The notes under the pieces are model-generated. The model did not search any database, was not told where the DNA came from, and saw only the letters and a program-made list of their open reading frames with translations. Positions 1-12,968 of a DNA stretch of 35,613 nt are shown here, piece after piece; positions within the stretch are counted from its first letter, which is position 1; every line of letters begins with the position of its first letter. Made by a program: the position numbers and the translations under genes. The stretch spans positions 62,001 to 97,613 of the forward strand of contig JAVECL010000021.1 in NCBI GenBank assembly GCA_051942245.1, written 5' to 3'. This stretch comes from Trypethelium eluteriae (taxonomy: Eukaryota).

Positions 1-1
1 G

Positions 2-1244
2 AGAGCGCGCAATAAGCTAGGATATCAACGAACATCTGTTGCTTGTGGTATGTAGGCATTTCTTTGGTCATCTCTCATATCGCCTCCCCCAAATCTTCTT
101 CCGCGATTGGACCTCCGATAACGGTTGGTGAGACTGACATGCATCAGGTCACTGCAGGAGAAGGAAAATCAGATGCCTACTGGCGCCTGATGATCCCCAA
201 GGACGCTGCTCAAACTGTATACGCCTCAAAAAGGAATGTAATTTTTACCCGGTGGACCAACAAGTTCCGACAGGATCGGGCGCGCCGTCATCAAGTAAAG
301 GTGACACTGGGTCCAGCGGTGCGAACACATCCACCCCTTCTCCCAAAACTCTTCAAACGGCCTCTATAGGCGATCATTCTGATGACTATAATCGCTACTC
401 CCCTTTCACAACCAATCCACCGCAAGGATACGCCATAGCTCCAGGCATATCCCGTGCTCCTGAAGGTAAGCGGTGGTTTATCTGGTACCTCTATGATGAT
501 GATCGTTGCTAATGGACTATTCCAGCGCCCCTTTCTGCCGGTGGGTACGCCTTTCATCACGGTGCGCCAGATCCACGGTATGGCTGGCACGAACCCGAGT
601 ATGCACCACACTCTGCGGTTACAGAGTCGCCTCATGTAGATGGACCTGCTTCAAACTATTGGCGACTCAATGAACAGCCGATTGCTCCAAATACCCAATA
701 TCCAAAGCGGCCCGAGGGTTCAAGTGAGCAAACTCCAATGCCCGGCTCGGCCCACCACCTGCCTTGGGGGCCACCTCCTACAGAGTCGGGGTATCCACCT
801 CCTCAGAGATCTCTGTCGTTTCCAGCCATCGAAAACCTCAGTATCCCAGGCAATATGGCCCCATATCCTGTTCAGTCACCACAGGACCCGAGGCGGCCCT
901 CAAATTATTCTTACACGTCAGTTGACCACGGGAGCACTGGTTCAAGCATTTCGATCCCAGGGTCCAACCCCAGCTCGATGGGCCCTCCAGCACCTGTCCA
1001 GACCCCTACACACTCAACACCCACACATTCACAGTTTCCGTACAAGCAGCAGTGGAGTCCATATCCTCCGCCACCACTTCGCCAAAGTTCACTACCAAGC
1101 CATTCCGAGGGATATGGACCTCAGTGGTACGGTGAGCCAGCACACCTTGGACATGTTGCTGAGGAACCGCCACACAGCGCGCCGCCATTCAACTTGGGCC
1201 CTCAGAACTACTTCACAGGCACCAACCACTCACACGGGCCCTAA
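2..1244 (+). CDS. Zn(II)2Cys6 (GAL4-type) transcription factor, 5'-truncated by the window edge
   Basis: Exons <2-47, 148-465, 526-1244. Introns are 48-147 (GTATGT..CTGAC..CAG) and 466-525 (GTAAGC..GCTAAT..CAG). The spliced protein reads RARNKLGYQRTSVACGHCRRRKIRCLLAPDDPQGRCSNCIRLKKECNFYPVDQQ, a complete six-cysteine binuclear cluster, followed by a Pro/Ser/Gln-rich tail (ORF 738-1244). Confidence 0.92.
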
Positions 1245-1535
1245 TTTGTCATTTTGAGTGTGTAGCTGATTTCACTTGTCCTCAAAACTAGATGTGACGG
1301 TGGCTCTCTGTGAAGCTCTCTGAATCTGTTTCTCTTGAACGATTCTTTATACACTTCTCTAGTCACCAATCGAACTGGCTTTCGGTGGTACTGTGTTGGC
1401 GGAGTTTATCAATCTAGCATATGCTCGCTGTACTTTCTACGACTGACCACAATTTGTCACATAGAACAACTTTTGCATTAAGGTTTTACACGAAAAGCAC
1501 ATGACTAGGGTCACGGACATATGGGAAGTCGCCTG

Positions 1536-3188
1536 CTAGGGCTCAATATGCACATTTAGGGTATGACATCGGGCGTACGGGCGTGGCATGACGGCAAGCA
1601 GCGGCTTTCGGAAAGAATAGGGCATGGGATGGGACAGGTCCAATCGGGGGAGCACTGGGTTCATCAAACTACGATTCTCTTGTATGATACGGTTTACAGT
1701 TCCGCGTGAATCAGCGGAAAACTCTATATTTGTCTCCACCGCATGACCTCGAACTTGAAATGAGCTCTTGCAGGACCTTTTTGGAAAGTGTGGCGGATTG
1801 TTGACCAATGTCACTGTACAATCCCATTTCTTTTTTCCTGAGAAAACACTTTCAGAAGCCTCCTTGACATTGGTAACATGACTCGCATCGAATGCGATCA
1901 CCACACTCAGTCAATGAGGAAAGCGTGCTGACAAAAGTTAGATCCTACTTCATCTTCCAAACCCAATTGATTTCCTCATCATCGATCATGTGAGCATCGA
2001 TGATCCAATCATAGATCATATGATGCTCGCACTTGATGCTACTACTGCCTAGTTCCTACGACCTCCAAAAGAATACTGCCTTAGGCTCCACTGATTAGCT
2101 GCTTGATGGCCTTAAAAAAAAGAAAATCAAATTCTAGACTTACTGCAAGAAACAAAAAGTTGGCGAGGAAGAACAGAGGTGTCCCGTTTAATCGCGAGCA
2201 CCGCGTGAGCGAATCAATTGGATCAAAACAACTTGGCACTTGGCAACTCTTCCGGCTCTCTTGCCTCGGCCGACTTAACCGGGAACGGGAAAACTTGGAC
2301 GATTTGCTCGGGGCCAGACGCGATGTGGCGAATGAGAGGCCATCTACTGCGTCGAGTTGGGCTGGTAAACGAAAACAGGTTAGCTGCCTTTTAGTCCTTT
2401 TCAGCTGAGGGAACGAGTAGACGACAAGAAAAAGCAATGAGACCAGCGCGGTCGCGGCCACCGTCTCCACCACACCACATTGAAAAAACCACGCAGCACG
2501 TTGGGAGACCAGTGCCGGTGTCCGAGTATGATTCCGGGTTGGGAAAATGGGAACCCAATAGTTTCGGATTACTGGATGCGTGGTGATGGTGGTGGGGGTC
2601 AAGTTGGATGTATATCCATTATGCTCAGGATTCCCTCTCTCCTGATACGCCCGATTTAGACAAGGGGGACCTTCTGGATGGTCGAATAGGCGAGGGCGGT
2701 GAAAAGTTTCTTCTGGTTCATGACGTACTCCTTTAATATATCTGTTGATGATTCTGTTTCTTAGGTCTTGATCTGCGACAGCCGTGTTATTGGCCCACAC
2801 AATTCTCACCTTAGCGTTCAGTAGACTATACGTGGAAGGGATGATACGTTTGAAGCCTTGGTTTCATGCCATCCGGACCTCAAGCGAACACGTCGGCCCG
2901 GCTCTAAGATCTACATGTGGTTGTAATTTGACGAAGAACAGAAACAATAAAGATGTACACTTGGCTGGAGGAGGAAATTCAACCGATCGATTTATTCAGA
3001 TGAACTATACAGGGAGAACCTGATAAGCGGTTTATCACGAGTGGACAAGGAAAGCATAGCGACGGCTTCGACGGCAAAGCAGGAGATGGTGACCTAGAGC
3101 TCGATGCCTCAGGATCGTTGGGGGAAGCTTCCTCAAGATCCCATTGCGGCAATGGTATCCACTTTTCGGCATAACAGTTGAGAAACAA
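1536..3188 (-). other. Possible orphan or degenerate gene region (ORFs 2979-3188, 2081-2809, 1536-1904)
   Basis: Three co-oriented ORFs with scattered splice-like signals (GTGAGA donor-like at 2809; GCTAAC..CAG acceptor-like near 2362-2384). I could not build a consistent spliced frame or recognise a domain. Confidence 0.2.
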
Positions 3189-4449
3189 TAGACTAATGTA
3201 CCGTGAGTAGGTATGTTGTAGTCAGCCCTATGCTATTTTCCACATTTCTTCCCGTCTACTCAGAATCGCTGTTAAAGACCTTGGACACCAATTGGATTCC
3301 TCTGTTCATTCAAGTCCATCGTGATGACAGCTAAATCTTCCCTCTTTCATACAATGCTTCGTTCAAAGGGTTCTTGACTGATGAGAATGATCAGACTTAC
3401 TCCGTCTCTCGAAGTAACCGTTACACCTTGAATGCCAGGCTTACACTTTGTTGTTGCTGCACCATTGCTGCATTTACCGGCCCGCGCGTTACCAGCCCCG
3501 CTGCACTATTTTCCCTACCTGTCGTCCAATTACCTTCTTCTCTGAAGCACCTTCTCGGCAACCTTCACACGTTCCCCAACCCCCACTTTCATCTCTTCTT
3601 CTCGCTAGTCTTCCTGTCATGCGAGCTGCAAAGTGCGAGCGTGACACGACCAGGGTCTTTGCCGCCTTCGCATATCTATCCAGATAGGAGTGTTTTGGGC
3701 AAGGAGAGCGAGCAGGCAGATCACGGCAGGATCCCGTGAAGCATGCAGGATGCAGGGCGTAAGGCGCAGGCCTTATGCAGAGAGACTGAGGCTAAGCCAA
3801 CGTGGCGGGAGCGAGTGGGGCTGCTGACGTGAGGGATACGCACGAGCAAATCATCGATAAGGAGACTGGCAATGGGCAGAGACATAACACTGACGCTACC
3901 TTTATAGATGTGGGCACTGGCATGCAGCGTGCAATGGTAGCTGGGAGAATGGCTGGTAGTGGTCTCAGAGCTGGGTCTGGACTTGAGAGTTGACTCAGGG
4001 ATTTGTAAATCTAGGAGCTGCATAAGGACTATAATGAGAAATTTGATTGTTTTGTACGCCTGAGATTCGTGATCAGAAAGAACTCCGTATCAGCGGTGTA
4101 CGCAAGGTGTAAATGAATAGCAGGCGTCTCTGGACACTTGATGAAGGCCCACAGACGTGGTCCAAATGATACATCATTGTCCTGTTTCTTGTGAAAACAA
4201 TCTTTTATCGCCAGTGTGTCGAGTAAGTCAAGGTAAACGCTTCTTCGTATGAGTGAACTAGCTGTGAAGGCATGTATGGTCACGAGGGAGACGGAAGCTC
4301 CGAGCCAAGAACGGTGGAACGAAGACTGCTGGTCTGGCATCGGGAGCATCCTCTATCCGCCCTCTCCTGAAAATCTTTCCCACTCTTCGTCAGTGTTATC
4401 CTCCAAGCACGAGACGTTCTCCCCCGACTTTTTTTCCCAATTGTGTCTT

Positions 4450-5317
4450 TCAATCGTCTCTCTGTTCAGTCTCAGCCCTCGGCCATCCTCCCCAGTCATG
4501 GGCCTCCAGCGTCTGATCCAAGATATTTTCAATTTCTGACCTGGTCAATGGAAATGGCGTGGGTTCCAATGGCTCCATCGACTGTAGAGCGGATTGGTAC
4601 GCTGGATTCTCTTCCGAGAAGTCGAACTTCACTAGCGGCTTTGGCAAATTCATATATGAGTTTCGCACCTGCTCCTCCGCCTCTTTTGCCGTGGCTCGAA
4701 AGAAGTGTTCTTTCTTCAGCTCATTACCCATCTGGAGTGCCAGAGATTGGTGACTACTACGAAGAAGTGTCATATACGATCCATATATTTGCCGTCCTTC
4801 AACAGTGACACCGTACGGCCAATCGTTCCACAGTATGCAGAGTCTGTCGACCATTTCATCTAGGCGGTCCGTGAACTTTTTCGACCTCACGTCTGCGGGG
4901 CGAAAGAGTAGGCGTACATACGAGACATTGAGGAGATGACGGATTCGGTAATGCCAGGCATCGAGAGGCTCTGCGTACGAGGGTATGGTGCGCCTTGTTC
5001 GAAAAAAGATGGTGAGAACTGCTCGAAAGATATCGAAGTGCTTGTCGAATATGAGACCCAGGGCTTTGATTTCGCTCCAGATTCCGTCGATATAGGACAT
5101 CATATCGTCCACTGGGCAACAGTCGCGCTCAGGGAGTGAGGTCAGAGAAGAACAGGAGCCTACCCCAGTCAGAGAGGTCTGCAACGAAGTTTAAGTGCGC
5201 GCTTTGCTCCTTTTCCTGCAAGTTGGCTGTACCACGTAACGAAGTGAGGCTTTTCGGCGTGGGGGACTGACTGAGCAGATTCGGCGTAGGGCCTCGATGC
5301 ATGTTGCGACAGGCCAT
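4450..5317 (-). CDS. Hypothetical protein (~271 aa), no recognised domain
   Basis: Exons 5317-5164 and 5111-4450. The 52-nt intron 5163-5112 (GTAGGC..CTGAC..CAG) joins ORF 5129-5344 to ORF 4450-5184 in frame (..ADLSDW-V-DDMMSY..). Composition is protein-like; the start codon is uncertain. Confidence 0.6.
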
Positions 5318-6585
5318 GAGGTTGAGCTTTATGTGGAAGCCCACATCTTCTTCTCTACCTCACGATGTTCGTTGTCTGCCTCCTATCGGTGTGGATAGAA
5401 TGAAGACCAACATGTGAACAGTTGCCTCGGAGTAGGGAATCAAGGTGGCAGTGACTTTTGTTCACGGCATGCCTAATACACCATGCTGCTTTATAGCACT
5501 CTCACAATGCTCACTACGCCTCACACTCCCTGCTTACAAAACTGAGTATCATGATCGAAGCTTGCTTTCTTCCATGAGGAACAAGGATACGAGTGGCCCA
5601 CAGACAACGGTGAATACAGAGCACTGATCCATGATGGTTCCTTGGTGTGGCCATTTTCCTCATTGGGTTTAGGAGGTCGTCGAGCGCAAGAGCTTATCGG
5701 TAAGGGAAAGCGAGGAATGACGAGTAGGCTCAAAGGCATCATCCTAGATTCCGGGAGAAAAATGCAGAGAGCATACGTTTGGCCAAGTAATTATCAGATC
5801 ACGATATGCCGGCCAAGAGCATTATACCTCTTTGTAACCAGTTAAACGGATAATGAACAGAGTTCATATGCTTCCGCGATACAAGATCACCCCGTTGATA
5901 TAATATTACGGACGGAGATCCTGGAAATTGAGCACCTGGAGGTGCATATATACGGGAAGAGCTCTTGTCGTTCGAGAGATAATCGAATCCAGCCAAAGAG
6001 GCTACATAATTCGCAATCCGTGAGGGGTGTGGCCTTGAGAAATGTCCAGGCTCCGAGTCATTGTCAATCTTTTGTCTTCGTACTCTAATTCTATTTCAAA
6101 GCTCGAGCACTAAATTGGAACTCAGGTAGCGCAACTGCCGCAAACGGTTAAATTACCAAAAACACCCCGATTTGATGTCATTTCTTTGAGAATCTTTCAC
6201 ACTATACTGGCAAGTTCTTGTTTTTCAATGAATAGATGTGAATAGTGCTAACAATGGGCAGAGAGACTCGAAGAAATTTTTTCCGCTTAGACTTGGGCAT
6301 CTATGATCTCTCACACTCCGAGGACAGACAAACAAGATTCTTCAAAATAACTGAGTGAATGAATGGCTGGGTCTTCGCAATATGAAGCAGTGTATTCATA
6401 TGCTCCAGAACAAATTTCAGTCGGTTCCTGGCCACTCCAATTACCGTGCTGAAATAAATGCAGCAGGTGTGATTGCTCAGAGTGACATCTTGCATAGGTA
6501 GGTTCGCGCCCGCTCCCGCCCACGTAGGATCACGGTCACGATCTAACAGCTTGGTTTCGGGTAGGTAGGACATAAAGGTAGCTAC

Positions 6586-6604
6586 TAGGTACCTAAGGTA
6601 CCTA
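6586..6604. repeat. Perfect inverted repeat TAGGTACCT-A-AGGTACCTA in a TAGG-rich patch
   Basis: Read directly from the sequence: two adjacent AGGTACCT palindromes, preceded by GTAGGTAGG at 6561. Confidence 0.7.
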
Positions 6605-7830
6605 TTTCCATGTTAGCAGGCGCGACTTCCCGTGCTCAGATGCTACGAGGAAGGCCCAGATGTTTCCCATTGGTCGCACAAGAAGGTTAAGGAAGCTGTC
6701 AAAAGCGCCGCTTTCCGGTTCCACGCCACACGTGGATATCCTTCAAAGGGTTCGACGGAAGGCGCCTGGTTCTCCGTCTGCGAGACATGCGTCGCTGAGT
6801 CCGGAAGAGATCGTGTTGACGGTAGCAACGTCACTACTCTAACATGCTTAACATTTCCTGTTTTCAGCAGAATATTGAGGTGCAAGGACTTCCCTGTCGT
6901 CCAAAAATAGGCTTGCCCAAACTGGCACCGCAAAATTCGCCGCAAAGATTGGCCGGCCGGGGTTCACCGCAGGCGTAATAGCACAAGTCACTGTAAAGCC
7001 ATTTTCTCTCAGCTTCAAGTCTTTGGTTTTCGTCTCACTGATGCCTATTCGGTCTTTAATCATCCCTCAGGTGCCTCAGGTGGCTCACAACTGTCAGCCG
7101 CGTGTTAGCATGGGAACGGTGGGACTCTGAAATGCTTCTTACGGGCCGCTACGGAAGCACATGTTGGCTAGGGTGCCACACTTCTCCCGTCATACCTAGC
7201 ACAACAGGCATTCAATCTTCAGAAAGATGCTCCAAATAATTAAGCTTTTCTTCACCCTTTCCTTCATTGGGATTGTCCCCTGCTCGCCAAGATCTCAATG
7301 ATTGCTTCTGACGTTAGATCGCATGGACGAAGACTGGGAACACCGCCTCCGCTCCATCTGTAAGTGGCTCGTGTTCGTGGTACCATCCCGTTTGCTGAAC
7401 AGGCTTTCGTTGGAACCTTCTACCTGATATCTCTATGCTACCAGCCTGTATATTCCAGGTAGGCAAACGTTCAATGCTACCGTGAGGTTACTGGAGCATA
7501 CGGTGACACGATCCTAACAATGTCGAGTCTGTCCAATGCCGAACAGTGGCAGCGCCACAGAAAAAGCAGGGCAAGGTTGCCTCAATATTCCGCTCCTACT
7601 GCTAGAGCTGGCTCCCGCGGTAGGTTACTTGGAGGCATGGATGGAAGCCACGGGTGCTCGTCGCTACCTCCCAACAATATATATTCTCTACAAAGTCCGC
7701 CTTCCTTTTCCCATAGAATCTGCATCTTAATCTCTACTTCTCTGCTCGATCCTAGGCCTTTCATCTTTAGGTCCCGTGTATTATCGAATCTTCAAAGATT
7801 TTACCCAGACAGACTCACTTGACTCTTAAA

Positions 7831-8477
7831 ATGCATTCGTCTGTTGCTCTTCTTTGCCTCCTCCCTCTGGTCTCTTGTGCTGCCCTTCCACGAAGAGCCC
7901 CCACCGGCTCATGGCAGGTATCTGATATCGCCACGCACTACATGGGCGACAACTCCGGCATTGCCAACGGCGCCTGGCCCCCTGGGTCTGGCTTCAATAG
8001 CACCATCAGCTTCACACTCTCTCAGAATTTCGCCAACACTACCCACGAGACGGCACCAACAGCCTTCGGTTGCTCCGCACAGTGGGTACCTAAGGGATCC
8101 GGAGCTCAGGCATACCCAACGGACTGGGTGCAATGCGGCGGCGCAGGATCAGGCACGAGTTGGAAATTTCTGAACACTACCACCATGAATGAAGGATATG
8201 CTGGTGCCTTTATCTTGGACATCAAGCAGGAAGGGACTGTCCAGTAAGTTCACGCCTCTTGAGCTATTCTCCTCGCATTCTCGTACGATTGCTGACTTGA
8301 GTACGATTCTGCAGCGGTGTAAGCCATGAATTTGCCGGAAAGATCAACATTACAGCAAATGACTACACTGCTGGTGACAACTCAATCACTTGCTTGGGCG
8401 GAGCTCCTTTGACTGGTATACACTGTACCGGCGGCCCCTTCACAGCTCAAGTTACAAATGACAAAGTCATCTCGTAG
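7831..8477 (+). CDS. Small secreted protein (191 aa), effector-like; possible Alt a 1 (AA1)-like fold
   Basis: Exons 7831-8243 and 8315-8477; intron 8244-8314 (GTAAGT..GCTGAC..CAG). Hydrophobic signal peptide MHSSVALLCLLPLVSCA, dibasic LPRR pro-site, four Cys in the mature part (GCSAQW, WVQCG, ITCLGG, IHCTGG) and N-glycosylation sequons (NST, NTT, NIT). The fold assignment is inference. Confidence 0.85.
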
Positions 8478-9552
8478 CGCATTTTGCACCGCAGTCTATG
8501 AGGCGTCTTATGGCGAGGCTTTTCGGATCTGGTATTAGTCTAATTTTTGCGGAGTCACGCCAGGATGCTTTGCAAAGAACTCCGCTCTTGAGGCAGCACG
8601 AGGAAAGACGAGATAACGAGGTCATTCCCTAATTTTCATCCTGTAATTAGACTTTCGATACATACTGGCAGTTCTTAATAGAAGTCAATTGTTTTGCACG
8701 TACAACCCATTCCTGAGCCTCCTTAAGTCTCCTTTCTTTGTTTGGGGTCGAAGGGTGGGCGAAACCACCAATCTCCGCAAACAGGACTCAATGTAAGGAT
8801 TTAGGCCGTACTCTTCCCATGTTGTAGAGCTACGGCCAAGAGGGGGATTGCCTTACTCCTGAGAATTGGTACGCCGTCCCTATCGAAATCTTTTCGTGAG
8901 CCTCTCAAATTCCGTTCCATGCGCTCTAAGCCAAACGCGACCCTAGCGGGGTCCGACATGACGGCCGTGTTGGAGCGAAGACGAGCGCGTCTGTCCACCA
9001 ACTCCTCCCCCCTTCTAAATCCTCAACCATCTAGAGATGAGAATGAGAATATTCAGACTACTCGCTGGATAGCCTGAGAAGGCTGGCTCCTCCAATTGTA
9101 AGAGCCAACGGTGGCCTGGCATTTCTTTCAAGTTCTTGGAGATATTTTGGGAAGATGTCGAGTACTACAAGGCTCCAGCTTAAGGTATTCAATGGGTTCG
9201 AGAGACTGCTCTGCTGTACCGAACTTCTGCAAAGCCTTCTTGAATCATCATAGTGGCAAAGGTGTGGACTGGCAGAAGAGTGGATCGTAAGGAGGTAGAT
9301 ATCACACTGAAACCATGAAACCAGTAGGCCCGCCTCACAAACACGCAAATGCATGTTTCCTTCCTCACCTGGGTGAGAACTCCACTTTTTTGCACCTTCC
9401 TATCACTTCATTGAGCAAGACGCGCAAACAGGTGCCTGATGCAGGCCTCATCACATGCCTTGTTTCTTTCTATCACACAGGCTACTTAAGCTCTCCCAGA
9501 TCTTAGGCTCTTTCCATAACCTCTCTCCTCCAACTCTACATTCTACTACCAG

Positions 9553-10651
9553 ATGCGTGCGACCATCGTCATGGATCTCTGCAACCGCTTTCAGTCCATT
9601 TTCAGGGCTATGACGCATGGTCTATACATGATAGTTGATGGAATGGCAGCCCTCAAACCCGACCTTAAAGCGCCAGCCCACTGCGCAAAGCTCGCAGCTC
9701 GTCGTTTTAAGTACTGCGAACCCGAGGTCATTACCAAACCGACGTCCACCTCGGAAATTCTGCAGTATGTTCTCATCGGTGCCCTCCTCGCCTTCGCCAT
9801 AATCTTCCTTATTGAGCTTCTCGCGGCCCGCTTCCTTTACGAATACGTCAACAACGGCAAAGGAGCCAACTTTCGCCGTGTTCGACGCAATCGAGCTCAG
9901 AAGCAGAGCCACAAGCGAACGGCTTCGGCAACACGTCAAGAACTTGATGACAGTGATGAGCAACTCTATGCCGAGGCCTTGTCTCCCAACCTTCAACTTG
10001 TGACTGAGAGCCAGGTCTTTGGATCCAGACAACTGAGCGAAGAGCAGAAATCCCATCAGTTCATGTTGGAGCGCCCAGGCTTGTTCGTTCGCGGTAATGC
10101 TCCCTGCCCAATGTCCATGACTCTCTCTTCCAAAGCATTTCGAATATTATATCTTGACGGATCACTAATAGAAATTGGCAGGCATCGCATTCTACCTATC
10201 TTTCGTCACCGGTATGATGACTTGGGACGGGAAAGTCATCGGTCATTACCCGTTTCATGCTCAGTACAAAGCATTGAAGGATCACGCTGCCTGTGTCCTT
10301 AGCCGCGTGAAGGCTATCGGCCACCCGGGACGTGGCTACGTCTGGATGAAGGCTATCGGACACCAGGGATGTCGCTACGTTCGGATGAAGATGCAAACCA
10401 TGATCTCCTTCATTGTGGACAATTCCAGGCTTGGAGAAGAGTATATTCGTGGGAAGCTCCAAATGGCGAAGGAGGCTTTGATGGAGAAAACTCGAGGGGG
10501 GAGCAGGGCTAGGGAAGACAACCGCGGGAGTTTCGGAGACAGCGGGAAAGAGGGTGGTACTGGGAAAGTTCCTCTTAAGGCTGATGGGTTTCCGAAGAGT
10601 CCTGATCGCCCTGAGTACACCACTCCTCGACTCCGCCGCCCCTGGTCTTAA
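9553..10651 (+). CDS. Hypothetical membrane protein (~336 aa) with an internal 13-aa tandem repeat
   Basis: Exons 9553-10093 and 10182-10651. Intron 10094-10181 (GTAATG..ACTAAT..CAG) joins the two ORFs in phase 1. A TM-like segment ILQYVLIGALLAFAIIFLIELLAARFLY is followed by a basic stretch. Confidence 0.65.
10308..10390 (+). repeat. 39-bp coding tandem repeat, ~2.1 copies
   Basis: TGAAG recurs at 10308, 10347 and 10386; the repeat encodes KAIGHPGRGYVWM / KAIGHQGCRYVRM / K. Confidence 0.9.
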
Positions 10652-12740
10652 TCTGATACGATGCAGCATGCATGTGATTAGAGACACGAGTTGTCGCACA
10701 GGACAGGACACGAGAAACAGCTGGGCAGTATTTCACAATGGTGGCTTTCAGCACGAACGGATTACGCTTGGGTCTGACAATAAGGAGAATCCCGATGAAG
10801 AGACATTTGCAGTATGGAATGCGCCTTGGGTATAGCTAGAGGAGTCTATGACTAGAACTATAGACCCTGAAATGGCAATATTCCTCAGTGACTCCACCTA
10901 ATCTGTATGATTGTGTGCTCATACATAAGCCTAAAAAGGTATGCTACTAGGTATGCCTCTGTATGATACTCGTGTAAGGACCGTATAGTTGTCAAGAAGC
11001 TAAATACGGCAGACAAGACTATGTACTGTTATCGAGTCGTCAACATATACCTCAGGCCTTCACCAAGGCTAATTAGATAGCTCAGTACTGGGTCTCGGTT
11101 CAAAGAGAGGTACGTATTGGTGTACATCTTATCCCGCGCCAGATTTTCTCCGTAAAAAACTGATTAGTACGGATGGCGTACCGTCGACCGCCAGACCAGG
11201 CGCAATACTACGCTAATTACTCCTTCGTCCTTGTTCATTTGAGTCTTTCTACCCGTTAAGTCTGCTGATGTGAACACAGCTTGCTGGATGCGAGTTTGAG
11301 GCCGTACGTACGTTTACGGTACAACAAATGGCTGGCTGAAGTGGAACGAACTTTTATTAGCCGAACAGCCGAGAAGTGAAGAGGCTAGAATTGCATCAGT
11401 TGTCTCCTCCTGCATCCAAGATGGCAGGCACCGACAGCTTGAACATGGTGACTGCAGTATGTGATCTGGAGACTCCAGTACATTTTGAATCGGAGGGCTT
11501 GGCCCTATATATGAAGAAGTGATGATGCATCTTTATCTCCCGTTGGTCCCCGTTCCACAGCGTCTCTCTGCTATTTGTCTGCAGGCATAACCATCGGATT
11601 TGCTACTAAGTGCGAGTGGCAGGTGGTGTTCAGGCGCCTTCACAAACGTCGTCGACCGATCTCCTGGCTAAGGTATCTGCGGGGGGTTATATCAGCTGTT
11701 TAACACCTTTGGAACGCTCACTCCTACAGAGACTAATTGCTAGGGGGCGCACAGGGAGAACAGCAAATAGGTAAGAATCAGCTCTTTAATACTAGGAGAC
11801 GGTATCGCCAGGAACAGAATATCACTGTACGAGGAGATTAGATTTTGGTTCGTAGAGGACTGCCGGAGCCAACGAAAAAAAAGAATTCGCTATGATATAT
11901 GACGTGCGATCCTGTAGACTGCCGAGAGACAATAGATGACTTGAAATGTATTCCATTAAGCAGATTACTATCTCCGGCATCGCGCTACTGAATAGTAGAT
12001 GTCTGCATGGCGTAATACTCAAATGCCATCACTCCAGCGGCCCTCGGATGCTCCGAGGGTAATTTCACAGTGTTTACTCTTTACCTTGAACTCCAGCTCA
12101 TTAAGACTTTCGCCGAAATTGAGTCACCAGCCTCAAACAATACTTGCTCATCGTCCATTGGCGAGCTGCTCGCTGTCTACGTTTGAGCAGAAGCAGCGAC
12201 GACGCCGCAGTCCTAGTCAAGGGTCTCGGGCTGGGGATAGATCGGCGCATCTCCTGCTTCCATTACTGCTCAAAAGGGAATGTTGCATACCTGATAGCCA
12301 TTGACAACGCGAACTAGGCGGCCGTGTCGCTGTACGCGCACTATGAACTGGTTTGGTGTTCAAACGGCGCGGAAAGTGCATCTTGAGTACGGGGTCTAGT
12401 GCCAACGAGATATATCTCTTCGTGTGGAAGACCTCCAGTCCTGTGGAAACGATATTACCAAAGCCTGCGGAGCTGTTAGCAAGAAATGGATGAGAGCAAT
12501 TGGACGACCTAATGAGGCGAACGAATTGTGACTGACGTCGTAGGGTGTTGATGCAGCGATGTATTGAGTTGAATGATCGCGTTAAATGCTTTAGGAGAGT
12601 AATCTTTCCCGTTCTTTCGGTGTGTTTCCCTCCCTCAACGACCAAGGGACGTTCGACACAGCTCCGAGAAGCTGCAAAGATTCTTCGTTTGGTATGTGCG
12701 ATGTTTTGAAGGTTTAGTAGAGCTCGACGCTGCCTCGGTA

Positions 12741-12781
12741 GCGTTGCCCAGCCTTGCCGAGCCTTGCCAAATGTTGCCAAG
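12741..12781 (+). repeat. 10-bp tandem repeat x4 with core TTGCC
   Basis: gcgttgccca gccttgccga gccttgccaa atgttgccaa; the last unit runs into GCCAAG. Confidence 0.8.
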
Positions 12782-12947
12782 AGGGCTTCGCTGTCCAACA
12801 AATGTGAATATTACGCGCGCATGGTGATATTTTGTGAGTTTTTTCTTTTTGTATGATTTTCAAAATTTTTTCATTTGGCGCCATCCCAAGTAATGATGAT
12901 AATCGAAGAAAAGTAAAATTCATGATAGGAAATAAGGGGCATGGGCA

Positions 12948-12968
12948 GTACTTCGTACTTCGTACTTT
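12948..12968 (+). repeat. 7-bp tandem repeat (GTACTTC)x3
   Basis: gtacttc gtacttc gtacttt. Confidence 0.8.

Noticed and set aside
640..1257. 205-aa ORF overlapping the Zn2Cys6 gene
   Set aside because: Alternate frame of exon 3; the splice phase selects the 738-1244 frame.
8801..9354. Minus-strand ORF fragments (9058-9354, 8801-9001) as a gene or pseudogene
   Set aside because: Cannot be joined without stops or an implausibly short intron; no recognisable homology.
11075..11110. TAGCTCAGT..GGTTCAAA resembling tRNA A and B boxes
   Set aside because: Spacing is far too short and no stems form.
12217..12801. 194-aa minus-strand ORF in the gene desert
   Set aside because: Starts at TTG, has an Arg/Ser/Leu-rich random-like composition, and shows no motifs or supporting splice structure.
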